A DNA stretch of 37,398 nucleotides. It comes from an uncultured Verrucomicrobiales bacterium. GTDB lineage: Bacteria; Verrucomicrobiota; Verrucomicrobiia; Verrucomicrobiales; DEV007. The notes below the pieces were generated by a model. That model worked only from the letters and a program-made list of their open reading frames with translations, did not search any database and was not told where the DNA came from. Within the stretch, counting starts at the first letter, position 1. Each line of letters starts with the position of its first letter. A program made the translations under genes and the position numbers. The stretch covers positions 1 through 37,398 of the forward strand of contig CALKOM010000157.1 of the NCBI GenBank assembly GCA_938091905.1. Direction: 5' to 3'. Positions 9,797 to 19,243 of this stretch are shown one piece after another.

Positions 9797-10867
9797 TTAT
9801 TCGGGAGGGAGCCCACAGGCTTTCAACAGCGTTTCTTGGACGGCAATGTCGTGCTTGGCATCCCATGCTAGCGCTTTCTCACCTCGAATGATCCTGGCAA
9901 AGTCGCGAAACTCTCCGTGGTAGCGGCCTTCGCTTTTAGGTAGCACAATCTGTTGTCGTCCTCGCTTGTAGCTATCGCGGGCTTTTTTCAAGCTAAGTGT
10001 CAAACTAGGGGGCTCCAATGGGCGAATCTCAATACTGCCTTCGGTCCCAATAACGGTGAATTGACGACGCGGTCCCCCAAACGGGTCGTTGTGGTTACTT
10101 CCTATTGTTGCGAGTGCGTTAGGATAGCGGAAGGTTGCGAGTTGATTGTCGAGAAATTTATCATTGCGAGTTTTCAATGATATGGGCACTACCGCATCTG
10201 GTTTCCCGAGTACGGTGATGAGGGCATCGACCAAGTGACACGCGAGTTCGAAGAGGCCTCCTCCGGGATACTGTGAGAGTTCCTTTCTGAGGCTTGGAGA
10301 AGCTTGCTTCCCCATGTGTCCATGCACTTCTGTTATCTGGCCCAACCAACCTGCCTCAACAGCACGAAAGAGAAATTCGAATGCTGGATTGTAGCGGAGC
10401 ATATAGCCCATTTGAATGGTCAGTTTGCGCTTCGTTGCTTCGGCATGCATCGCTCGACATGGGGCGACGGTTTGGCCAGCAGGCTTGTCGAGATGAATAT
10501 GTTTGCCGGCTTGGAGACACTGGATTGCTGTGGGTACCAGTTGATCAATTTCTGTTTCGACCGCGATTAGTTGGATATCGGGATGATTCAAAATCGCATC
10601 GCGGGTCATCCATTGGCAGTCTTTGTAGGGGTGCCTACTGGATACACGCTCACGTTGCTCTTGGTCTTCTTCGCAGACGCCAACGACTGCATAGAGTTCA
10701 CGAAGGTGTAGCAAAGTGCTGAGCTTCCCGGAAGCATGAGAGTGCTTTGTGCCAATTTGGGCAACCCTTATCCTAGTTGGAGGAGGGGACTGTGCAAGCG
10801 AGGTAGTGGCTGCAAATGCCAATCCTCCTGAAGTCCGTAGAAATTGTCTTCGACTAGTTTGGCTCAT
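9797..10867 (-). CDS. Tat-exported Gfo/Idh/MocA family oxidoreductase
   Basis: SRRQFL twin-arginine signal, GKHIHLDKP, GYMLRYNP and ELACHLVD. Start at ATG 10867. Confidence 0.9.
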   Translation of the reverse strand: MSQTSRRQFLRTSGGLAFAATTSLAQSPPPTRIRVAQIGTKHSHASGKLSTLLHLRELYAVVGVCEEDQEQRERVSSRHPYKDCQWMTRDAILNHPDIQLIAVETEIDQLVPTAIQCLQAGKHIHLDKPAGQTVAPCRAMHAEATKRKLTIQMGYMLRYNPAFEFLFRAVEAGWLGQITEVHGHMGKQASPSLRKELSQYPGGGLFELACHLVDALITVLGKPDAVVPISLKTRNDKFLDNQLATFRYPNALATIGSNHNDPFGGPRRQFTVIGTEGSIEIRPLEPPSLTLSLKKARDSYKRGRQQIVLPKSEGRYHGEFRDFARIIRGEKALAWDAKHDIAVQETLLKACGLPPE

Positions 10868-10955
10868 CCCCACGATGCTAGGCGGCCTTCCGATTGGTGG
10901 AAATAGGAAAACCGCACTCTTGCGCAAGTTACAGATCATGCTGAGTGTCTTTATT

Positions 10956-12092
10956 ATGAGGATTCCTCTCGTTCTCTCCATTTTTGTCATAGGATTCGCA
11001 TCGCCGTTCCTGCGGGCGGAAGATGTGTCACTCAAATTGGAGGTCCAACACTCCATTGATCGCGGCCTGGCCTGGCTCAAAACTCAGCGCCAGAAAGATG
11101 GGTTCTGGAGTGAGTCGAATTATCCGGCGCTCACTGCCTTGCCGTTGGCGGCGATACTTTTGGATCCTTCTCGAGACCGTTCCGCTCCATTGCCGAAGGC
11201 TATCGACGATTCACTAGATTGGTTGGTCAGCTTGGTTAAACAAGATGGTGGGATCTACGGTAAGGGGTTAGGGAATTACAACACGTCTGTGAGCATGATG
11301 GCGTTGATGTTGGCCGAGCGCCCGGGAGATGAGGCTACCTTGCTTCAGGCACGCAGGTTCCTCTCCAATCAGCAGCAGGACTATGGAATTCGAGGAGAGC
11401 AGGATCACGTTCTCGATGGTGGGATCGGCTATGGTTCCAGCTATGCGCATTCGGATCTTTCAAATACCCACCTTGCCTTGGAAGCGCTCTATTACTCAAA
11501 GGGGCTGATTCAAGAAAAGCCAGAAGAGGAGGCTTACGCTCTGGATTGGGAGGCGGCGATTGCGTTCGTTTCCAAGTGCCAGAATCTACCAGAGACAAAT
11601 TCCGAATCGTGGGTCAGCGGGGATGAGTCGAATCGTGGTGGCTTCATCTACTTTCCTGGAGATAGCAAAGCGGGTGAGCAGCAACTCCCGAATGGCAAAG
11701 TGGCTTTGCGGTCATACGGGAGCATGGGCTATGCCGGGCTCTTGGCCTTCATTTATGCGGATCTAGATTCCAAAGATCCTCGCATGAAGGCAGTTCTCGA
11801 CTGGCTAGAGGCAAACTATGCGATTGATGAAAACCCGGGAATGGGTGCTGAGGGACTTTACTATTATTACCACACCATGGCCAAGGCCCTTGCATTGGCC
11901 AAGGTAGACACCTTTAAGCTTAAGGATGGGACCGCAGTTCGATGGAGGGCCGATCTTAGCAAGAAACTCTTTAATCTGCAGAAGAAGGACGGCTCATGGG
12001 AAAACGCCACGCAACGCTGGTGGGAAGGCGATGCGGTGCTTGCGACTTCCTATGCCGTTCTCGCTTTGGAACGGCTTCACCAAGGACTCTAG
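10956..12092 (+). CDS. Exported prenyltransferase/squalene-oxidase repeat (alpha6-alpha6 barrel) protein
   Basis: Signal peptide MRIPLVLSIFVIGFASPFLRA; QW-type repeats (WLKTQRQKDGFW, KQDGGIY, CQN...GGFIY, LQKKDGSW); DLSNT; YYYY. Confidence 0.85.
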   Translation: MRIPLVLSIFVIGFASPFLRAEDVSLKLEVQHSIDRGLAWLKTQRQKDGFWSESNYPALTALPLAAILLDPSRDRSAPLPKAIDDSLDWLVSLVKQDGGIYGKGLGNYNTSVSMMALMLAERPGDEATLLQARRFLSNQQQDYGIRGEQDHVLDGGIGYGSSYAHSDLSNTHLALEALYYSKGLIQEKPEEEAYALDWEAAIAFVSKCQNLPETNSESWVSGDESNRGGFIYFPGDSKAGEQQLPNGKVALRSYGSMGYAGLLAFIYADLDSKDPRMKAVLDWLEANYAIDENPGMGAEGLYYYYHTMAKALALAKVDTFKLKDGTAVRWRADLSKKLFNLQKKDGSWENATQRWWEGDAVLATSYAVLALERLHQGL

Positions 12093-12544
12093 AAGCCTTG
12101 GGATTTTAGAATTTGCTGAAGTTGCGTTTGAAACGCCATCACATCGTCCTCAGAGGGCTGGTAGGATTCACTTTCAGGATCTAGGCCCAAGCGGCCCGTT
12201 TGGTCGACATACCAGCTTGCGCGGCCACCGTCAGAGAAGGTGACTTTGCCGCTTACCATCGCCTTGGGTTGCGTCATGGAATCAAGAGTAATGTCGACGC
12301 CACCTGGAATGGGCTTTTCATCTAGCGAGTTTGCAGAAGATACGTCGTCATCCTGTTCTGGTTCCTCATCCTGCTTTGCTTCAGGTTTATTTAAGGACAG
12401 CTCGAGTTCAGAGACGAGCATACGAGCATCGAAGTAGGTGATCGTGATCCCGAACTCTTGACCGATCTTCCCATGAATGTCGCTGAGGCTGTCTCCTGCT
12501 GCGGCCCAATGGCGCACGGTTTCCTTTTGATCGTCAGTTAGCAT
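12089..12544 (-). CDS. Hypothetical protein (N-terminal helical/HTH-like part, acidic linker, C-terminal beta domain)
   Basis: Clean 151-aa ORF filling the gap with protein-like composition. From recall, it resembles a verrucomicrobial conserved hypothetical protein (SGKVTFSDG..WYVDQTGRLGL). Confidence 0.8.
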   Translation of the reverse strand: MLTDDQKETVRHWAAAGDSLSDIHGKIGQEFGITITYFDARMLVSELELSLNKPEAKQDEEPEQDDDVSSANSLDEKPIPGGVDITLDSMTQPKAMVSGKVTFSDGGRASWYVDQTGRLGLDPESESYQPSEDDVMAFQTQLQQILKSQGF

Positions 12545-12783
12545 AATTATCCGTAGACCGAGTCACTACGCTGGAAATTCTCTGCTGGCAACTGTGGTCA
12601 GTGGCGGTAAATTACAAAACATGCTGATAATTTGCTGTGGGTTAAATTGTCGAATCCCAGAATTGCCTATCTCGGAAGCGCTGACACCCAATATTTGCGA
12701 GAAATTAGCTAAAAGCAGTGTGATTTTTATAGAAAATATATGGCAATGGATTTTCCGATATTATGATAGCCGACAGCACGGTC

Positions 12784-14538
12784 ATGAATATCCGCAAACA
12801 ACATCAACTCTCTGCGAACATGCTACCAGCACCTACCTCAGATTGTGGGTCGCTTGTCGGGAAGATTCTGATGGGCCTCCTAGTCCTCATCGCTTCTCCC
12901 ACCTACGCCACTCTGACGATTGTTACCGAAGGATCATCATCCTATAGGGCCAACTACTTCTACTCTGTCTCTTACGACGGTGATGGCAGTGGCCCATCGC
13001 TCACGGGATTAGTCTTCGATCTTGATGCTGGCGGTGGTGGTGGAGTCTTCGACGCGAATAATGGTAATGGAGGTTCGATTGGTCTTGGTTCTAGGACATT
13101 TGGTGGAGGAATTTGGGCGGACTATGTTTACCAATCCTCTGGCGAAGCAGGTATCTATTTCGAGAGTGGTTACTTCGATTCGGGCAACTCGCTCAACTTC
13201 GGCTATGATACCGATTATCTAGATGGCGGTGGTACCTTCGGAGCGTCTGACAATAGTGGAGGTGCCTTTGGAGCTTCCGATGTCTCGGTGACCGCTACGT
13301 TTGACGACGGTACGTCGATTACCGAAACATTCACCCAGGATAGCGCTACTCGGTCAACGGCAGTGCTCAATGCTGGAGTTGGTACCTTTACTACTGAATT
13401 TAGTTTGGAGGACGTTGTGGCAAACCGCGGGGAGGAGATTCCGTTGAACATCGATAGAAGCGCGAATGAGAACACCAGTGACTATTATATCTCAGGTTTA
13501 CCTGAGGGCGTCGTCTTGTCTGAGGGAGTAGAGGTTGGCGATGGCAGTTGGATTGTTCCTTCAGTCGATATTGGCAATTTGGCAATTGTTCCTTCCCAGA
13601 TATACACCGGTCAATTTCTCCTAACGATTAATCAAGATATAGCCAATGTCTTGACGGCAGGTTCGAGCGGCACCTTTGGTGGAGGCTCGAGCGACCGTGC
13701 GTCCCTCTCTAGCGTTAACACGGACTTTTCATATGACAGTAGCGGAAGTGTTTCGGACAATAGTTTTATCCTTACAAATGATGCTCAGACCGGTAGCTCC
13801 AGTTGGTCTGCTTTAGAAGATCGAAACGAGGGTGGCTATGGCTACTTCCTGCTTGGAAATGCCTCTGGCGACAACAGAGCGCTCTTAAAAGATAACATTA
13901 GCGGCCTATCGATCAACACGACCTACCACATTTCGGGCTTCGTAGCGAACGTTCACCCCTCGGAGATGGCTGAACTCTCGTTCCGGGTAAATGGTGCGGA
14001 GATCTTTTCTACAGGGCTGATCGACTCTGGTGGTTCATGGCAAGAGTTTGGCGGCAGCTACACGACAGCTACGAACACGGCGGCAACTTTTGAGGTTGTC
14101 TCGGTCAATTATGGGGCCATCGCCCTCGATGATGTGCTCTTTTCTGAATCGTTTGAGGATAACATGTTAGTGACTATTCACGATGCGGCGTTTGCTAACA
14201 ATCCCCTTTATTACAATTTCACGTTTACGAATTCGAATAGTGTGGCGATGACCGTGAATTTTGTGGATACGCTTCCGGAAGGTCTTACATGGGATCCCAA
14301 TTACCTTCCGATCACGGACGGGCTAGAAGTTCCTACACTTACCTTCTCCAACGGTGATACGACGGCTACCATCAATGGACTGGAGTTGCCGCCTGGCACC
14401 ACTCAGCTCTCGATTCGGACAGCAGCTACGACTGCAATTGGTGACTACTCGAACACAGCGCAAGTGACTGTGGCTGATGAGGATTTCCTTTCGGAGACGT
14501 TTAGTGCGACAGCCTCTTTCACCGTGATTGGGAACTAA
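12784..14538 (+). CDS. Secreted acidic multidomain adhesin-like protein (cadherin/Ig-like + CBM-like jelly roll + DUF11-like domain)
   Basis: Signal-like GLLVLIASPTYA; ISGLPEGVVLSEG..GDGSW (Ig-like adhesin repeat motif); WQEF...IALDDVLF (galactose-binding-like); FTFTN...VDTLPEGL...YSNTA (DUF11-like). Start uncertain (12763, 12784 or 12871). Confidence 0.7.
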   Translation: MNIRKQHQLSANMLPAPTSDCGSLVGKILMGLLVLIASPTYATLTIVTEGSSSYRANYFYSVSYDGDGSGPSLTGLVFDLDAGGGGGVFDANNGNGGSIGLGSRTFGGGIWADYVYQSSGEAGIYFESGYFDSGNSLNFGYDTDYLDGGGTFGASDNSGGAFGASDVSVTATFDDGTSITETFTQDSATRSTAVLNAGVGTFTTEFSLEDVVANRGEEIPLNIDRSANENTSDYYISGLPEGVVLSEGVEVGDGSWIVPSVDIGNLAIVPSQIYTGQFLLTINQDIANVLTAGSSGTFGGGSSDRASLSSVNTDFSYDSSGSVSDNSFILTNDAQTGSSSWSALEDRNEGGYGYFLLGNASGDNRALLKDNISGLSINTTYHISGFVANVHPSEMAELSFRVNGAEIFSTGLIDSGGSWQEFGGSYTTATNTAATFEVVSVNYGAIALDDVLFSESFEDNMLVTIHDAAFANNPLYYNFTFTNSNSVAMTVNFVDTLPEGLTWDPNYLPITDGLEVPTLTFSNGDTTATINGLELPPGTTQLSIRTAATTAIGDYSNTAQVTVADEDFLSETFSATASFTVIGN

Positions 14539-14577
14539 CAGTAGCCGATATTTAAAAAATATTCAACAGGTTCCAAT

Positions 14578-17499
14578 ATGAAATCTTTAAAGGTTAGGCG
14601 GAATGCCGGTATGAGCTATATCCAGATGATTGCCACCGTCGCGGTGGTAGGCGTCATTTCGGGTGTCGCCATGATGAAGATGATCAACGTCAACGACGTT
14701 GCTGAAGAGCAGCGCTTGGGTAATCAGGTCGCCTCGCTCAACTCCGCAGTGAAGATATACGTCAGTTCAGGAGGCTCTCTGGAGAATCTAACAAGTGCAC
14801 AGTCTGTAGTCGACAAGATGAAGACGATGGCAGCGAACAGCGAAAAGATTGCCGGATTCGGTGGGACGTTTGTTGATCCACGATTGCGAGTGGTCGAGCA
14901 GAGCGACGAGGAGGCTGCGGTGACTGGTGAACTTCGTGTGATCTGGGATGTAGCAAACCAGTCTTTTCGGATTGCGGATAGTGGCCAAAAGGGAATTAAA
15001 GAGTTTGAGATCGATTCTACAGCCACACCTGCGACCATTATTACGGAAGAGCGTGAAACCATGTTCGAACTCTCGGCGACTAATGAATCACAAGGCGCCT
15101 GGGTCTGGGATTTCGATACGGAAACGAGCGCGTCTGCAAGTGCCATCGTGACGACGGCTGGCGGAGATCCAAACTTGGACATTGATCCAAGCGTTGGCAA
15201 CTACACTAAGCAGCAATTGCTGCAGCCTTCGTTGGATCCTCCTCCAGGCACCTTCCCTCTAAATGAATTTGGTGTGTCTGGTCTAGAAGTCGTCGTCTTC
15301 AACCCTAATCCAGGAGAATACTCAGACATTTATGCTTCTGTCAATGGCGCGTATTGGACCTTTGTTGAAGATGGAGGGACTGTTACGGTTCCTCCTGGTG
15401 GAAGTTTGTCTGTGTTTGTTAAAGTCAAGACCGAGGCTAGCGAAGAATACTACAGCAGCTATGTGCGCTCAGGCCGTTACGAGGGAACGACGACAACTCT
15501 TTCTATACCTATCGTTCCCCTGTCCGCGCCTTCGTTTCACCCACTGGATGAAGCGATTGTTACGGTGACAATTACTCATGGAAACAATACCGACCATGGC
15601 AAGGTCCAGTATAGCATTGGCTCTGGTCAATGGGTCGACTATAAGAGGCCATTTGACCTCGCGATCGAGGATCATATTGCAGGGACAACGATCTACGCCA
15701 GGTCAGTGGCCACTCAGTGGTCGGAGTATTACCTGGCTAGCGATACGGTCGAGAAGCCGCTACCTACTACCACCCATACGTTGGAAGACCCTACAGTAAC
15801 AGTGGCACCTCTCTCTCTCCACCCCGTTGATTCTGATACGGTCGAGGTGACTCTGGGTGATCCAAACACAGACGACGGCCCAATTTCATCGCTGCAGTAC
15901 TCGCTTAACGGCGCTGACTGGGTAGACTACGAGGGGCCTGTGACTCTCGGTATCGATGATTACTCCGATGGAGTTGATGTGGTCGCTAAGGCGATTCCTG
16001 TCCTCCTCGCGGGAGCGATTCTCGAAAGCGATGAAGTGAATCAGATCGTCGACGCCATCGATGTCACGCTCGACTCTCCAGGAATTGCATTGTCCGAATC
16101 AGACTTTCATCCTCTGGATCATCAGACAGTGACGGTGACGCTATCGAATCCCAATTCTGCTGAAGTATCTGCTGTCGAATATGAACTCAATAATAGTGGC
16201 GAGTGGCTAAGCTATGAGGAGCCTGTTGCCCTGGAGGTGCTCGACCATCTCGTAGGTGTCATCGTGAATGCACGTGCCGTGCCCACGATTCACACTGCCA
16301 ATATTTTCACGAGTGTGGTCGAAGACGTGGCTGTAGGTGTCCTGGAGGCAACGCTGGTTGTTCCGGAGATTGCCAGCTCTTCCCCTGTGTTAAATCCGCA
16401 AGGGTATCCTACGGCGACCATTACGCTTACGGACACAAACAGTCCCGGTTTCTCTAATCTAGTCTATAGCGTGGATGCTGAAGCTACGTGGGTGGATTAC
16501 ACGGAGCCGTTTGTATTGGCAGTCGCTGACTACCCTGAGGGTGTCACCATCGTTGCGAGAGCAGAGCCAGTAGTCATTCCTGAGCTGATCAACATCAGTG
16601 TAACCGGCTCGCTAGAGCTCACTGTTCCTCCCAAGCTCGACAGCCCGGTCTTCGGACGCGCTGCTGGTGGCTATGTGAAGAGCCAGTTTGACCAAGGGAT
16701 CACGTTGACGAGTTCGAACGCTACTTCCGACGGTGCACTCAAATATCGCATTAATGGTGGGGACTGGACCGACTATTCCGATGCGATCGTGTTGACTTCG
16801 TGGCCGTCGACGATTGAGGCTTACGTGGGTGCGTTAGAATATCTCGACTATCAGGATAGTGGCACGGTGACGGCTGTTTACGAGCGTATCTACCTCACGC
16901 CGGACTTGGCTTTCGGTGCGGAAGCGTCTGGCCTGCCATTCCTCATTCACGAGTTCACAGGTGAAGCTTATGGTCAGTTTAAGGACCCTGTTGGTGATTC
17001 TGGTATGGTCTACGTGCTCGACGACAACTACTTTGAGTGGGGCGAGTCTTCGGGCTACCTTGGTTTCGAAAACGGTAGCTACCTCGAATACATTGGCGCG
17101 GCGTGGGAGAATGTTCAAGCCGGTGAGCTTTTCCGGTTGGGCACGTTGGATTACTTCAATGGCTCCATCTATTCTGGCACCCAGGCGACTGATATCACCT
17201 TGGACCTCACGATCGCTCTTACTTTGCCAGATACCAATGAGTCGTTCGATATCAATATCGAGTTGGAGAACACGACGAACTCGGATAACAATACGGAAGA
17301 TCAGAATGCTGACTATATCCGCATTTCAACGCTCGATACCGACTTCAGCACGACGATTGATGGTATCCAGTACGAGCTGAATCTTGCCTTCGGATACACT
17401 GGAGATCAGGGCTTCACGACAATCGATCAGTTCCACGTCCATGAAGGAGCGACGACCACAGCTGATTTGTGGGGCTACTTTACTACGGACGACTTCTAA
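14578..17499 (+). CDS. Giant type IV pilin/pseudopilin-like protein with six repeats and C-terminal choice-of-anchor K-like domain
   Basis: Class III signal RRNAG|MSYIQMIATVAVVGVISGVAM, followed by a pilin-like helix (LNSAVKIY). Six CHB_HEX_C/FN3-associated-like repeats. C-terminus FRLGTLDYFNGSI...NTTN...ADY...FHVHEG. Confidence 0.8.
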   Translation: MKSLKVRRNAGMSYIQMIATVAVVGVISGVAMMKMINVNDVAEEQRLGNQVASLNSAVKIYVSSGGSLENLTSAQSVVDKMKTMAANSEKIAGFGGTFVDPRLRVVEQSDEEAAVTGELRVIWDVANQSFRIADSGQKGIKEFEIDSTATPATIITEERETMFELSATNESQGAWVWDFDTETSASASAIVTTAGGDPNLDIDPSVGNYTKQQLLQPSLDPPPGTFPLNEFGVSGLEVVVFNPNPGEYSDIYASVNGAYWTFVEDGGTVTVPPGGSLSVFVKVKTEASEEYYSSYVRSGRYEGTTTTLSIPIVPLSAPSFHPLDEAIVTVTITHGNNTDHGKVQYSIGSGQWVDYKRPFDLAIEDHIAGTTIYARSVATQWSEYYLASDTVEKPLPTTTHTLEDPTVTVAPLSLHPVDSDTVEVTLGDPNTDDGPISSLQYSLNGADWVDYEGPVTLGIDDYSDGVDVVAKAIPVLLAGAILESDEVNQIVDAIDVTLDSPGIALSESDFHPLDHQTVTVTLSNPNSAEVSAVEYELNNSGEWLSYEEPVALEVLDHLVGVIVNARAVPTIHTANIFTSVVEDVAVGVLEATLVVPEIASSSPVLNPQGYPTATITLTDTNSPGFSNLVYSVDAEATWVDYTEPFVLAVADYPEGVTIVARAEPVVIPELINISVTGSLELTVPPKLDSPVFGRAAGGYVKSQFDQGITLTSSNATSDGALKYRINGGDWTDYSDAIVLTSWPSTIEAYVGALEYLDYQDSGTVTAVYERIYLTPDLAFGAEASGLPFLIHEFTGEAYGQFKDPVGDSGMVYVLDDNYFEWGESSGYLGFENGSYLEYIGAAWENVQAGELFRLGTLDYFNGSIYSGTQATDITLDLTIALTLPDTNESFDINIELENTTNSDNNTEDQNADYIRISTLDTDFSTTIDGIQYELNLAFGYTGDQGFTTIDQFHVHEGATTTADLWGYFTTDDF
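15217..16890 (+). repeat. Six diverged ~94-96-codon intragenic domain repeats
   Basis: Units start at 15217, 15499, 15781, 16069, 16354 and 16636. They share LxxP...V/IT...Y...W.(D)Y; the middle four are most alike. Confidence 0.85.
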
Positions 17500-17552
17500 G
17501 ATCGCGGCTTCCCCCCGAGTATGAGGCAGCTAGCAACTCTGTCCCATATGAC

Positions 17553-17588
17553 ACGCCCTGGTTGGAGAGATTCAGCCAGGGCGTTTTT
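17553..17588 (+). terminator. Rho-independent terminator after the adhesin/pilin operon
   Basis: Stem ACGCCCTGGTTG / CAGCCAGGGCGT (12 bp, one G-U pair), 8-nt loop, then a T-run, about 50 bp after the stop codon. Confidence 0.8.
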
Positions 17589-17632
17589 ACGTACAACTCT
17601 TGCCAATCGGTGATCTTCGACTATGCGGAACT

Positions 17633-19243
17633 GTGATTCGTCTGCGGCAACTCAACCTTAGGATCGACCACGGTGAAGGCGAGCTCCACCGTGCGGTGGA
17701 GCGTCGCCTTGGGCTTGATGATCTTTCCAAAGACGCAGTCACTGTCTTTCAACGTGCGATCGACGCTCGAACAGGCAAACCTTTGAGATTCTCCTATACG
17801 GTGGATGTGGACGTCTCCGCTGAAGAGGAGACCAGGTTGCTCCGACGGGATCGCAAGGGCTTCCTCCAATCGACTCCTCAGAATGACTATCGCTTTTTAA
17901 AGGATCACGCTGTTTCGCCAGGCGAAGAACGTCCTCTCATTGTCGGCACGGGACCTGCCGGGCTCTTTGCAGGACTGTTGCTCGCGCAGATGGGGTTGAA
18001 GCCGATCCTTTTTGAGCGCGGCAAGATGGCTGGTCCTCGTGCGCGTGACGTGACCAAATTCTGGAGGACGGGAGAGTTTGATCCCGAGTCGAATGTGCAG
18101 TTTGGCGAGGGCGGGGCGGGCACTTTCTCCGACGGGAAACTCTACACCCAGATTAAGGATCGGGAGCATAGGTGTCGCAAAGTGCTAGAAGAACTAGCGG
18201 CCCATGGTGCGCCGGAGGATATTTTAGTGAACGCACGTCCTCACATAGGCACGGACAGGTTGATCAAGGTGCTGCGAAATTTGCGTGAAACGATTCACTC
18301 TCTTGGCGGCGTGATTCACTATGAATCCAAGGTGGTCGATCTCGATATCTCGGATGGGAAGATTAAGGGCGTTGTGCTGGACGGAGGGGAGCATGTTGCG
18401 GGCGATTCGGTGATCCTTGCCGTGGGACATAGCGCGCGCGACGTGTTTGAGTTACTCGCGAGAAAAGACATTCCGCTTGAGCGCAAATCGTTTTCAGTTG
18501 GCGTGCGGATTGAGCATCCTCAGTCGCTGATCAATCGAACGCAGCATGGCAATTATGCGGGGCACGATCGCCTTGGGTCAGCATCCTATCGCTTTGTTCA
18601 TCACGGCAAGCAGCGTCGGTCCGTCTACAGCTTCTGTATGTGTCCGGGTGGGCAAGTGGTGGGCGCTGCCTCTGAGCCGGGGCGTCTTGTCACGAATGGA
18701 ATGAGTAGCTACGCCAGGGACGAAGCCAACGCAAATGCGGGATTTATGGTCGAAGTGCATCCAGCAGATTTGCCGGACGATGACATTCTCACTGGGGTGA
18801 GATTTCAGCGAGAGTTGGAGGAGAAAGCGTTCGAGTTAGGTGGGCGCAACTTCCATGCACCAGCCCAGCTGCTTGGTGATTTCATGAAGGATGAGGCGTC
18901 TACGGAAATTGGCTCTGTGAAACCGTCCTTTCGACCTGGAGTCACGCTGACAGATTTGCGTGAGTGTCTCCCTGATTTCATAGTTGAGGCGATTAAACAG
19001 GCGGTCCCAAGGATTGCCAAGCGCCTTCCAGGTTTTGATCGTCCTGACGCGGTTCTAACGGCTGTCGAGTCGCGGAGTTCGTCGCCGATTCGTGTGACGC
19101 GCGGGAAAGACCTACAGAGTATGGGGATTCGCGGGCTCTTTCCTGCCGGTGAAGGCGCAGGCTATGCCGGCGGCATCATTTCGGCAGCGGTCGATGGTCT
19201 TCGTGTCGCTGAGGCTGTGGCTTTGCGAGTTGGTCAGGATTAG
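17633..19243 (+). CDS. FAD-dependent oxidoreductase (COG2509-type uncharacterised dehydrogenase)
   Basis: GTGPAG, NVQFGEGGAGTFSDGKL, YSFCMCPGG and GEGAGYAGGIISAAVDG. Probable GTG start at 17633. Confidence 0.88.
   Translation: MIRLRQLNLRIDHGEGELHRAVERRLGLDDLSKDAVTVFQRAIDARTGKPLRFSYTVDVDVSAEEETRLLRRDRKGFLQSTPQNDYRFLKDHAVSPGEERPLIVGTGPAGLFAGLLLAQMGLKPILFERGKMAGPRARDVTKFWRTGEFDPESNVQFGEGGAGTFSDGKLYTQIKDREHRCRKVLEELAAHGAPEDILVNARPHIGTDRLIKVLRNLRETIHSLGGVIHYESKVVDLDISDGKIKGVVLDGGEHVAGDSVILAVGHSARDVFELLARKDIPLERKSFSVGVRIEHPQSLINRTQHGNYAGHDRLGSASYRFVHHGKQRRSVYSFCMCPGGQVVGAASEPGRLVTNGMSSYARDEANANAGFMVEVHPADLPDDDILTGVRFQRELEEKAFELGGRNFHAPAQLLGDFMKDEASTEIGSVKPSFRPGVTLTDLRECLPDFIVEAIKQAVPRIAKRLPGFDRPDAVLTAVESRSSSPIRVTRGKDLQSMGIRGLFPAGEGAGYAGGIISAAVDGLRVAEAVALRVGQD

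Noticed and set aside
10749..11080. Apparent 330-bp head-to-head overlap of two long ORFs
   Set aside because: It disappears when starts are set at the Tat signal (10867) and Sec signal (10956).
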